DNA of 64,000 bases from Balanoglossus misakiensis (taxonomy: Eukaryota; Animalia; Hemichordata), in NCBI GenBank assembly GCA_040954595.2, contig CM082578.2:12834520-12898519 (forward strand), written 5' to 3'. Below, in pieces: positions 13,001 through 24,792 of this stretch; positions within the stretch are counted from its first letter, which is position 1; every line of letters begins with the position of its first letter. The notes under the pieces were generated by a model, which saw only the letters and a program-made list of their open reading frames with translations, made no database searches and had not been told where the DNA came from. A program made the position numbers and the translations under genes.

Positions 13001-16000
13001 GAACAGGACAAATCTGTTAATATACATTTTATATTACAATTTGTAGGGCTCTCGAAAACAACAACAGCAACAACACCATAGAGAGAAGAGACATCACCGA
13101 GTGTCGGGAGAAATTCAGGTATTACTAGTATTTATTATTAATTTGTTTATTTGTTTATTTATTCATTCATTCATTCATTCATTCATTCGTTCATTCATTC
13201 ATTCATTCATTCATTCATTCATTCATTCATTCATTCATTCATTCATTCATTCATTCATTCATTCATTCATTCATTCATTCATTCATTCATTCATTCATTC
13301 ATTTTTCTGTATAGATAGTCCGCTGGCATACGAGAATAAACTGAAAACTTGAGTCATGTCAGTGCGGGCGCCCTGAGACACATGATTCTTACAGTTTAAC
13401 GTTCGAGTCTCGTCAGTTACAGTACTAAATTTCATATAAATGTATCGATTGTTTTAACTTGGTGTTTCTCTTCTCACTTTAGCTCCAGATGCGATACGAA
13501 CCACGCACGCATGACCTTCAGATCAACATCATCCGGGCCAGAGGTCTAGCACCAAAGGACTTCAATGGCTTAGCAGATCCTTTCGTTAAAGTGTACTTAC
13601 TTCCAGGGAGAAGGTATTGTGTCTAGAAGTTTATTAAAACGTTTTGAGTGCAGTGGCAGACACATGAGAAAAGGGCTTTTACTATGGCGTAGAAAGGGGG
13701 CTCAGTGCATGGCTGTTTGTGCTGTGTCATGTTTTAATTGAACGGTGGCACAGAAATACTCACTCGAAACAGACACTTTACTGAGGATATAACTAACAGT
13801 CACTCATGCATAAAAGAAAAGAGTGGTTTATATGGTTTATATACCATCAACTTTTTCCAACGCCATTTTCTCTGCAGTGCGGAAAACAAAAGACGGACGA
13901 AATACATCGCGAGATCGCTGAACCCGCAATGGGAGCAAGTTGTCTTTTACAGAAACATAAGTGCCACCGATTTACAGAGAAAAAGCATCGAGTTCACAGT
14001 TTGGGATTATGACAGGTTTTCACCGAATGATTTCATGGGAGAGGTAGGTCAAGTTGCTTTGTACGACATCTGACATTTAGAACCTCTCGATCATTAAAAC
14101 GTAGAAAACAAGAGAGCAGTGCTGGTTCTTTAAAGGTATACAACGCCCATCTTTTCCAGGTACTCCTTGATCTGTCTGAGAGCCAGTACCTGGACAACAG
14201 ACCACGCTGGTTTCAACTGCATGAACACGATGAGAACAACAGCGCTCAACTTCCAAAGCCGAAGACTCTGTCGCCCATTCGACAACGATCTCCCGCCAAA
14301 GTGCAAGGGCTGGTGCTGCAGAAGTGTCGCAGTCACCAGGACGTCATGGATGACCAGCTGAAGGAAAGACGGGGCAGCAGGAGCGCCGAGAAGGCGCGCT
14401 CTCTGACGCAACTGTCCCGGACGGAGAGTGACGACAGTGCCAAGGACGCCCCCTACGGTGTTGCGTCACTGAGGCCTCAGCGCCCGCACATGCCGCCATC
14501 TTTCTGGAAAGAAGGTATGGTCAAATATTGCATGTAACTTGACTGTTGGCGAAGTTTTAAAGTAGAATGCTGTACACGTAAGCTACTACTAGAATTAGAA
14601 ATGGCTTAGCTTAACATAGGTATCTTGAAAAAAAAAAAAAAAGCATGTAAATAGCCACCCCGCTGACACGACGTCATCCTATTGACTGGACAAAACCCTT
14701 CTGGTGTTCATCCTACATGCAAAACCATCTAGGCAAAATAGCCCTGCTAACACCAAAACTGGTAATGCGACTCTATTTACATAAACCCACCGACACAATA
14801 CAACATACATAAACCTTACTGGTTCAAAAATATCACTTGCAATTGGATTTAAAAAAAACATACATACGTCATAATACTAGCAAATAGATGCTTATAAGGT
14901 GATTATAAGATTCCTGGCAATTCAACCGCATTAAGATGTTTTACTTCAACCCTTTATTTTCCCGACGCAGTTCCTTTTAGAGAAAACAATATATAGTTGC
15001 ATGGCAGACGTGAATAGGTCCTTAGAATGTAGATTTTGTGTTTGAAGACGAAACTTCAAGTGGCAAACTCCAAAGTGTCTGTCTTTAGTTGCTCCCCCCA
15101 TCATCGCAAGGAAGGTAGCTTCTTTCACTCCATCCCTCCATCCTCCGCCCATCGTCATCCCGTTTGCATCACGCCTCTGTCTTTAGCGCTTGCGCAGTTG
15201 CCACGTTGCACTTAGGCTTTTAGACTTCACATGTTGATGTACTTCACTCGTTCTTCTCAACCAACAGTCATCAGTTTCTTCATGTTTTTAACGCCTCTGT
15301 TGTAGTTCGCTCGTTCGTCTGTTGGTTTGTTGCTTCCTTTCATCAGTAATCATTTTCACCAATGTTTGTATATTTTGACGCAACCATGGCAACCATGCAG
15401 CATTTTAGCACAGTCACTTCGCCAAGACTTGTACAGGTAACTACGCCCTCTAGCCACATAGTGCTTGGAAATCGGTCGATGACGATGTTGTTCTATTTTG
15501 TATGGTTACTAACCGAATGGCAAATCCTTAAAAAATGTCTGATAGTTTGATTAATTGACTAGCTGCATGTCACTCCCCTAACCCCTCCCTTTCGTAGATA
15601 CTGTCTGATTTTTTAAGTTAAAACACCGGTGACTGTGTTCCTCTGGAGCTCACAAATTGTCTTTCCTGCTCATGATGACATTTTGCTGTGTGGCATTAAA
15701 ACTGTCGCTTGGCACTTCAAGGACTCGTTTCCTCATTTCTCCCCACCATGCATTTGTCAAGTGTCGTCAGTGTAGAATAAATAGCACATAACACGGGGCA
15801 TGTTTGTGTGAACTAATTTGGCCCGACTCTAAATAATGGTGTCGCATGATAAAGTCGAGTGCAAGAATGCCAACCGTTCCTCCATACCTAACGAAATTCA
15901 TGACATGTGCTCCGATTTCACTCCTGTCCACCATGCACTGGTATAGGCGTCGTCCCAATCTCCAACCCACCATCATTAGTTCACGAAACATGAGTCGGAA

Positions 16001-19000
16001 ATTCTACCTTGTCTGCCTATGTTGTGGTGTCTGTCATGTCCGCTTTTATTTCGGATGGGGGGAGGATTGTCCCCGAATCGCCTCATTCATATCATATGCC
16101 CTGGTGTCTCTCCGTCTCGTTTAGATCACTCCGCCAGGCCAACTGCAAACATAGTGAGAAAAGAGAGTCACACAGACATAGATCGGCCCACCAACGCCAC
16201 AACCACCACCACCACAACATGCTCATCAGCGACAGCAGGAAAGAGAATTGCCGCCAAAGAGAGCGTTCACAGCGCCACTTTCCCGCCCACTACGTCGACT
16301 AGCGCAGTGATACACCCGCCACCTGCCGCCGCTGCACGGAAAGCTTACTCGGCCGATGAACCTCGCGACGCTGCCCACGCGGCGCTCGCAGCCGCCGAAG
16401 AAGTTGTGAGGCAATTACAACCAGGTGACTCATCGTATAATGTGGCCGTAGCTTTGTAGTTCATCCGTAGTTAGAGAAACTCGAGCAACTTTCGCTTGCC
16501 TGACGCCATGGCTTGATCTTTTGGGTTCAGTAGTCGGTTTACTTATTTCATTTTTATTTTATTTTACATGTGGCGTTTTATTTATTTTGCACCTTTTTCG
16601 TTCCAGCTCATCACATATATCGCTAAACACCAACTGTCAATCATATTTTCCATGAACAATGTTTGCCAAGTTAGCTCATCTAAATAGGCGAATTAGACAA
16701 TATTGTAGTTTTAGAAAGTTAACACTTTAAAACATAACATAATAAGTACGATAGCACCACTTTTAGGAATTTGTACTTTATGCAAATCATCTGTATTTGC
16801 CTTCTGTGTGTGTATTTGCAGCCCTTTCGGGGGGCAGCACTCGAAGCTACACCGACAGTCCCCTACAGCAGCGGAAGAGTTATATCGGCGATGACGTGGC
16901 AGCGGCAGGTGGTTACACCGTATCATCTATCCCTATTCCCATGAGGAGAACTTTGTCTGCCGGCGACACAACACCTTCACTGGAGCACCTCGCAAGAAAT
17001 AGCCGAATAAAAAGAAAGGTTGGTATTTTTTTCTTTATTTAAAAATAGAATATTGTGTTACACCTTTTGTGTCTGCTATTCATCACCAAAGTACTGCAGG
17101 GAGTGTTCCTTCTTATTAAAATATTCATCGCAGATGCTGTATGTATTTCCATCGTTTTCTGTTTAATTGAGAGCGGATAACCTTTTCAAAAAGAGGGACA
17201 TACATCGGACTGGGACCCACCTATGTTCTCAGGTAAGGGAAGGAGCTTTAGTGTGAGTAATTACGCTGCATCTGAATAGTAGCTCACTGACTTTTTTTTC
17301 CACTGCGACAGCCACACTACGGATCCAGCGACACCACGGACAGCAGCAACATGAGTACGCCGCGATCCAGCAGGCAGAGCAGCCGGGAGCGGGGACAGCC
17401 AAGATCGTCGCCTGTCAGGAGTGTGAAGAAAGAGACAGCGGACAACACCACAAGTGCCAGATCATCTTACTACTACACGGCGGATTCCAGACCAGCATCG
17501 AGTACGTTCGGGTTCATTTTAATTTGCCTGTATCTGTCTCTGGATGTCACGTCGTCGTTTGTTTATATATCTGTCTGTCTGCCCGTCTGTCTGTCTGTCT
17601 GTCTGCCCGTCTGCTTGTTTGAAATTATACACTAATGTACGGTGTTGGCTCGTGTTTTTGAAATGTAGCCAACTATGGGAAAGCTGATAGTTATCACATG
17701 CCACCACTGCAACCGATTCCGACGACACAGAGTTACTATGGTTACGATCCCAGCATAAGCATCACTACTGATACCACTTACCTAAGCCAATCACAGGGCG
17801 GCAGAAAGACTCCGAGGTAGGGCAACCCTATTGCGTCTGCTCGTTTGCTGCCATGTGCAGAAAAAGACGGCATAGATGTAAATCGCTAGATGCTGATCAT
17901 ATTATATAGTTTTCACTTCGCTTAATGGCATCAAATGCTGCATGGGCTCTTCTTATGATTCACACCTATGTCATGCCCTTTGTGTGACCTCCAATTTCCT
18001 GAAACTGTGGCCCCTTTTACGACAACTGATCTTTCATCGCGATTGGGCTTTGAAATCACACTTTACTATACATTTTCAGATATAGTTCACTGTTGTGACA
18101 AGCCCTCGCTTCGACATGAACGCTGTTTGCTTCATTTTATCATTGGGTTGTACTGTTGTGCCTGAATTAACATGGTCGACAGTGTGGGTAACGGGAACTG
18201 CGGTTGGAAATTTTAAGTGACTATGAACACAGTTGACATGAATATTTTTAAACGGTGACCGGTTATGGCGATGTTTGAAACATGAGTGGTAATTTAAATG
18301 AGCATGGTTGGATATATGTCAGTGGATAAAAAGGGTGGAGAAGGTCGGTTCATGAAAATAGATGGAGAGGCTCATGGATTATGAGTGAATTAGCTAAAGA
18401 CCATGCACATGCTTTAAAACACGGTGATTTCCATGAAAGAACACACGAGGGCAACAGAGTTGTTAACGTCGACCGACGACCATTTATTGCAGTCACCGTC
18501 GGAGTCACCACCGCAGTAGCCACGAGAGACCGAAGTCGAGTTCTATGGGAGCCGAACAATTCCCGGTCACAGAAAAGACTGTAGAAGGCTCGGTCCGATC
18601 GCTACCAAGTGACACATCAAGATATTCGCCCAGTAAGTATAGAACACACGGCGCATGCCCCTGAAACATAGCTCCGTTCTCTTGTATGGGTCATCAATTT
18701 TTCATTGCTGCAACAAATACATGCATTCGGGCAATAGTGTGAGGTCACAATAGCGATGATACTCTTCCCTAGTATAATATTATGCACGTACATCAATTGT
18801 CGTCGATAATTAAAACATTCGTTCTGGTAAACGCGAAGATGACGACTTTCAAAGTGTTTTTTTTTCTTCACCGCAGGAAAAACTGTTTCAATCGAAGACA
18901 GTAGATACGGAAGCCATGAGATCCAAGCAGCTGATAGAAGGTGACTTTCTCTCAAAAGATTTTATCAGAAGAGGGCCCCATTTTCAAAACCTTTATAAAG

Positions 19001-21902
19001 AAAATGACCCATCCCCAAATCCCCTCTGTTAAATGTATGGGACCGAATTTACACATTAGGTAAACTAAATAATAATTTTGCAAACGACAAGATTACACGC
19101 CCAGTAACAATCGCATGCATGCCACAAACCTACTTTATTATTCCAGTACATTGGTGCTGTCATGCGACTAGTCTGCCACGGGCACTAGCTTTTGCGCGTA
19201 CCAAGCTATTTGACATCGGCTGTTTTTCATGACGAGTCACATAACACCGGTGCATTCAGTTGGCTTTGATCACCATTGATAGTAGTGTATGCATTATTTA
19301 AACCACTTCGAAATATGAAACCTGTTGTCACATTCGATGGTTCTGATGACAGTGTATTCTCCACTTGTCTCCTGTCGGGAGTATCGTCTAACCGAGCTGA
19401 TATTCAAATTTGCATCACAGTGAAACTCCTTGGATTGTTCGCCAACCGCCGGATGGACACGAACTCAACATGCATCAAAAGGCAGCAATGTACACTCGAA
19501 TGTTGCTGGCCGACCTTGGACCCGGACAGGTCATCGACCCTGAAATGCCAAGTAAGCGATTGAATCGGCTGCTCGTAATACTATATAGATGTTACACTAA
19601 TTCATGAAACATGATTATCAACATAATCATAGGTGTGCTTTAAGCGATGTTGCGTAGTTTATTGCGTCATTCATGACACGAGGATCTTCACGATGATTCA
19701 TCGTCAACCTTTAAGTATGTCTATCATATTAACAGTGACTGACCACGGGTAACGCCTTGCAGAAATATTTCAAAATATATTCGAAATGAATTTAACAATC
19801 AAATCTACCCGGTTTACTGTTACAAGGTCTGGAACTTACATGTCGTGACGTATTGGACAGAGAATTTCATTTTATTGCACTCTTGCAATATTTTGCTGTG
19901 CTAAGTTATAGAAAACTAACAAGTCTCACATTTTCACCAAATTTACCGCACTGTAGTGGACATTAGATACCCTTTTTGACAGATACATATTCGTTTTGAA
20001 GAAAAACCTGTTTATTTCATCGACACAAGATGCGTTTTTTCTTTATTGTTGTTTATCCCTACTGACCTAACCGACATCGTGGTTGACATCTTTCCTTTTC
20101 CTGGTCCAACCATTTACCAACCGCCATTCTAACCATACCACCATCGTCATATCGTTTCTACAAGGGCAATGTAAAGCCACCTTTTTGAAGAAAGGTAAAG
20201 CAAATCTAAGTACCTCTCACGTAGAAAGAATAAAAAAGGTCGCCTCGTTGCTCGTTTACATTCCATTTCATTTTCTGCACGTGCATGACCCACGTACCGC
20301 ACAGCATGCTGGGACTTTGTCCAGAAGGATACCTCTGTCCAGGGTATAAGGATACCTATGTCCAGGGTATACATGGGTTGCCGTTGTGCATGCTTGACGG
20401 TGTCACACCTCACGTTCAACTTCACCATCCATACTAACATCTCACCCTTGCCACAGGGTCTTGCATGGAATGTGCATATAGTTTTGAATTGACAGTGTTT
20501 TTGCTGATTTGTATACTGCCACCATTCGTTCTATTTGTGTGTTTCTTTCGTGGAGAGAATTAAGTGTTTGGTTTTGAATAAACGGATCGGAAACGCGTTG
20601 TATTCTGGGGAGAGCGATACGAAAACTAACCGAGGGCATCGCTCAGTTTTCGCAGTTTGCAAATTGGCGCCATTGAGATCTGCAGCGAATAATCTGGTTT
20701 GGTGACATACAGTCAGTGGTTAGAGCAATAAAGCCAGACTTGCAATTTATAGACCACAGAACATTTCTTCAACAAAACTTTGATTGGTATGAAGCAATTA
20801 CCAAATGCAAGTACTAGTACTATTAACATACGACAAAATCACGTCAGAACCATAACATACACTGTGGTTTGCTGAAATTCTACATTATAATTGCGCGAGT
20901 GCGTTCGTGTCTGTATGGTTCTATTGTCACAATATGCTGGTAAACATGGGGTTTCCACTCCAACTGTTGACGTGATTTGCCTGGCTCTTGGTGTAGATGC
21001 ATGAAAGAGGAGTGATTAACAACGGACCTTTCTATCATTAAAATAACATCTGTACAGCTAATGCAGAAATGACCGGTGAAATCAAACTGGTCCTCAGGAA
21101 GGAGGTGAAATTGGACGGTGACATACTCTACGTTGAAATCGTGCAAGCCAGGAAGATCACGTACAAGTTTAAGGTCACGGATCATTTACCAGGTAGCGCA
21201 TGTAATCATATTTCAACCTTGTCGCATAATGATGCTTTTTGTCTCAAGCGTCAGTTTCTGGAATATTTTTATTTGATACATAAATAATTTTATCTCCTTG
21301 CTATGAGTTTGATGCAGAGGTTTAATACATTTTGTGTAATAATAAATTTATACACCAACAGATCTATACGTGAAAGCATACTTGGTCGTCGGTAATAAAA
21401 GGGTCGCAAAGAAGAAAACGAGAATATGTAAACATGATCTCGAACCCACCTTCAATGAAATATTTCAGTACAACACAAGTATCAAAGGACTGGCTTTACA
21501 GGTATAAAATATACTTTATTCTATTTCTCTACATACTACAGATGTAACACATGTACAATCATGCGCATATCATCATCTCATTATCTTCATCATCAACAAC
21601 GTCGTCGTCGTCGTCGTCGTCGTCGTTGTTGTTGTTGATGTTGTTGTTATAAAAAATAACAGTAACATGTAAAGTACACACGGACGGTGGAAAATTTTCC
21701 CTCGTGTGTTTGATATTTATTTCTCATGTAATTGTAGATTATGCTGTGGGCCGATGGTGGCCGGTTTGGGCGAAATATCTTAGTCGGAGAAGCACTGATA
21801 TGGCTGGATACGGTGAATTTTTGTCTGGGGCCGGTTGACGGTTGGTACAAACTTTTCCTGTCGCCCCACTCGTCGTCAAAGGGTACTGTGAGGACCCCGT
21901 GA
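1068..21902 (+). CDS. PCLO: Piccolo-like presynaptic active-zone scaffold; 5'-partial (N-terminal exons and zinc fingers not seen in the window); 25 frame-consistent exons, about 3,260 codons
   Basis: AG/GT-bounded, phase-compatible exons: 1068-1197 (alt. donor 1119), 1576-5756, 6177-7712, 8012-8647, 8742-8874, 9323-9397, 9593-9723, 10049-10142, 10919-11150, 11307-11407, 11602-11801, 13047-13118, 13483-13613, 13878-14043, 14160-14514, 16125-16424, 16822-17018, 17312-17501, 17669-17816, 18493-18632, 18877-18940, 19421-19551, 21058-21192, 21362-21501, 21738-21902 (TGA). The PDZ, C2A and C2B sequences match recalled vertebrate Piccolo motifs ([21 protein letters not shown]; [12 protein letters not shown]; [25 protein letters not shown]). 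The small linker exons are less certain than the domain exons. Confidence 0.88.
1576..5756 (+). CDS. PCLO: Piccolo giant exon (4,181 nt), disordered S/T/P/E/K-rich region
   Basis: Lies inside ORF 1488-5813. Acceptor tttgcag|gg at 1575, donor agg|gtaagt at 5757. Confidence 0.9.
6177..7712 (+). CDS. PCLO: Piccolo large exon (1,536 nt) with RRRLPEIPP and RQNSDP..FSPIKED motifs
   Basis: Inside ORF 6111-7775. Acceptor ttttacag|agt, donor ata|gtaagt, phase 0-0. Confidence 0.9.
8012..8647 (+). CDS. PCLO: Piccolo exon encoding a charged coiled coil
   Basis: Inside ORF 7928-8674. Encodes [34 protein letters not shown]. Acceptor aaag|atg, donor cag|gtatgt. Confidence 0.82.
9008..9075. mobile_element. 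Tiny palindromic non-autonomous DNA element flanked by TA
   Basis: taGTCTGGccCCAGACCAGTGTG...CACACTGGTCTGGaaCCAGGCta: ~23-bp imperfect terminal inverted repeats. Confidence 0.55.
10049..11150 (+). CDS. PCLO: Piccolo PDZ domain exons (10049-10142, 10919-11150)
   Basis: [14 protein letters not shown]|[49 protein letters not shown]: GLGL carboxylate-binding loop and Piccolo/RIM-type PDZ. Confidence 0.93.
13047..14514 (+). CDS. PCLO: Piccolo C2A domain exons (13047-13118, 13483-13613, 13878-14043, 14160-14514)
   Basis: SGEIQ|[31 protein letters not shown]|[28 protein letters not shown]|[16 protein letters not shown]. All five Ca2+-coordinating Asp positions are present. Confidence 0.95.
13160..13302. 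repeat. (ATTC)n microsatellite
   Basis: About 35 tetranucleotide units. They explain the FIHS-repeat ORF. Confidence 0.97.
15089..15436 (+). CDS. Two candidate Piccolo microexons (15089-15114, 26 nt; 15409-15436, 28 nt)
   Basis: tctttag|..aag|gtagct and cattttag|..cag|gtaact. Together they total 54 nt and read in frame ([18 protein letters not shown]). A YCAY cluster lies at 15125-15172. Confidence 0.4.
17570..17615. repeat. (TCTG)n imperfect microsatellite
   Basis: ctgtctgtctgcccgtctgt... repeats. Confidence 0.85.
20165..20343 (+). CDS. Two candidate symmetric Piccolo microexons (20165-20194, 30 nt; 20305-20343, 39 nt) before C2B
   Basis: tttctacaag|..aaag|gtaaag and cgcacag|..cagg|gtataa. 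Both are phase 1-1 and stop-free, with YCAY and TGCATG motifs nearby. Confidence 0.4.
21058..21902 (+). CDS. PCLO: Piccolo C2B domain exons (21058-21192, 21362-21501, 21738-21902) and stop codon
   Basis: [41 protein letters not shown]|[29 protein letters not shown]|[28 protein letters not shown], ending in TGA at 21900-21902. Confidence 0.93.
21600..21647. repeat. (GTC)n(GTT)n compound microsatellite
   Basis: Read directly from the sequence. Confidence 0.9.
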
Positions 21903-23694
21903 TATGATCGCTGCGTTATCGCCGCCGTCGCTTTTGATCGCAGAGTTTGCACTTTCTTCGTACTCTGTCGTTTTGTAGTGAATATCGACTGCTGACTTTG
22001 TTCCGGGATGGATGATGTGGAAATTCAGTGCCTGTAGTACCAAACTACCATGTCAACACGTGGTAACTTTAATAGCAACAAGTATTGGCTGGCAAAATCA
22101 AGACAAGTCTGCGCACACTCACGACGCCAGCTGTGCGTTACCCTAGAGTAACGCTCGGTGTAGGATTCTATCGAAGGGTTGCAAATGAATTCATTTTCGG
22201 ACATTTTTTTCGCAATCGTCGGTGCAGAACAAGATTCTAAACATTGCAAGTGTGAATGCGGGTGCGTGTGGAACCGTGGGTCGATCTGACATTCGAATTC
22301 TATATCGTTTCCCCACATATCTCATTTTAACTTTTAAAGTTATACCAAAACCACTGGTTTTATCATACATACTGAATTCTTAAAAACTCAAATATGACTT
22401 TCTATACAGTTGGACTTCACTTTTAATGACAAGTTCTTGGCGGACTAGACTGTGACTAAAACCCGCGAGCATTGATAAATAATTACATTGGGTTGAGAAA
22501 TGCATGCATTAATTGCTAGGTTAGTATTTGGCTGACAAATACTAAGTATTACTCTTAGATTATTACTTTTCCTCTTCGACTCCTCTCGGAGATGTCAGGA
22601 TGCCTTATGATACTTTAGAAATTAAGTGAAGTAAATTGAAATCTAAGCTGTTTTTATCGTGTACTGAAGAACAATAGAATAATGCATGATGGACGTAAAC
22701 AGAACACAAGCGATCTTACTCTTCAAAGTGCGATCATGTGTGTACATGTATTTTTACATGTAACGTTTTGTACATAAAAAATCTCAAATCCTAAATACAT
22801 TTAATAATTGTTCAAGTTAAATTGTATATCAAATAATTGTGTCTTACCGTGTCAAGCTCGTTGCGTCATTAATAGCAGAGCTGTTATTCAGAGAACTCAG
22901 TCACGTAAGGTTCATATGTCTCTCAAGGAAATACAGGTTTCGAGAAAATGGAACATGTCACTATAATAGCACGCCCTCGTGTTTGATGTATTGGAGATGT
23001 TTATATAACAAGTTTTTGTTATGTTTTGTAATGTGTCATTGTTGACTCTATAATTGTAATATTTCATCATTGAAATTAATTTTAATATTTATGTAAATGT
23101 TTGTACAGCCTTAGGAAATTTATGTGCTAACCGCATAACCAATAATATGAATATTAATCAAGACCATTGGAACTTTTTTTGTGTATACTTAATTATCCGA
23201 ATTGATTAACATTTACAACAGGAAAATCTTTGTTACCATGTGTTGTGTGACTCCTGTTAACACACTCTAAAGAAGCTTTATAATATGCAGTTGAAATATT
23301 GCTAAGCACCTGCAGCGTAATTTAGTTTTGTAGCAAGCGCCATGTTGTTTTATCACTGTCGCCATGAACAGTTATTTTTATTTAATTTTTAATGTGCGAT
23401 TTAAATATTTTTGTCATCTGTATATATTTTTGGAGTTAAGTTTTTCTTACGTTCGTAATGATTATTTTCTTGCGGACCCCTAAATGTACCATTCTGCTTA
23501 TATAATATTTCGTCGATTTCACACGAGCAAATGGAACATTAAGATAAAAAATTAAATATGCACATATAATATTATTTTTATAAGTTTTCAAATTATATTC
23601 ATACGGTCAATTTTGTTACATCAAGTTCCATCATCCTGTGGAAGTATATGAACCAACTGCCAGTTGAAGGTAAAGTTAATGTCTACCTCTCTGT

Positions 23695-23732
23695 ATTTAT
23701 TTAATTGTTTACTTATCTATTTATTTATCTAT

Positions 23733-23799
<67 letters not shown>

Positions 23800-23800
23800 T
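23695..23800. repeat. (TTTA)n microsatellite
   Basis: Read directly; explains the YLFI-repeat ORF. Confidence 0.95.
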
Positions 23801-24792
23801 GAAAGTTAAGATGAGGGCGACATTTGAGCTGGTTATCCCATCTTGCGGAGACACTACCGCTGGATGAACAACGTCCAATCGATATGGCGTATTTGGATAG
23901 CAGAATCACCATGGTACTTATGATTTACCTATAATTGATAGACATTTCAATATTCATATGCAAACGATCATTACATGTAGAATAAATCTCCAATTGGTTT
24001 ATAAAATGCGTGGTCGTGTCCTGCCAGTGTGTAACTTAAAACAACCAAGGATTACGCTTTGTATATTCTCGAATTTTTTGTGTATTTTTTATTTTATTTC
24101 AAACGTGTTTTTTTTATTAATTTCACTTTCTATGCATTCTTGTTATCATGATGTACGTATACAATTGTGTAAATCAAACAGCAATACAAATTCTTTCATA
24201 TGTGAAATCGGTGTGCGTTGTGCCTCGTTTCCTTGTTTAGTTATTGCGTACACAGAAATGACAGGTGTCCGTCATTGCTGACTGCGATAACATACGTATA
24301 CATTTTCCAGGGAAAACATTGAGTCACCGTTGGTCAGGTATTTTCATAATAGGCATTTTATTTGACCTCGACAAGACTTCGACACCGTAAGATAATGATA
24401 CAGACATACAAACATAACAATACAACTAATAAAATAAAACTTTAAAAATATTTGTTTACAAAATAACATAATACCGTCGTACTGCCTACGACCCTGTACA
24501 GGCAGGCGCCGGAGCACCCTCACACGATTGAATCTTTAAAGTTTCAGCCTGACAACTTTGTTGAGCCAACTCAATATAGTCAGAAAGTACTGGCAGTAGG
24601 GAGACCATACCATGGAGCGATACTGTTACTACTTTTAACTAAAGATACACTCAGGGATGTGTTATTCGTGAACTTACACGATCGTTTTGTATCATTCTCG
24701 CGAGAGACAACTTGAGGAAACACGGTTGCCGTAAAAAGGACGTAGTTTGCGACGATGAGTACGAGTTAACAATGTAAACAACCTTGCCTCTT

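Noticed and set aside
13101-13352. ORF with FIHS repeats (also the YLFI ORF 23664-23867 and poly-D ORF 57862-58137)
   Set aside because: These are translations of microsatellites. Only 13047-13118 is exonic.
17172-17232. Possible extra Piccolo exon ending at the strong donor cag|gtaagg (17233)
   Set aside because: No acceptor gives a stop-free, phase-compatible exon between 17018 and 17312.
17325-17345. REST/RE1-like sequence (caccacggacagc)
   Set aside because: The left half-site is poor, and the sequence is explained by coding (SDTTDSS).
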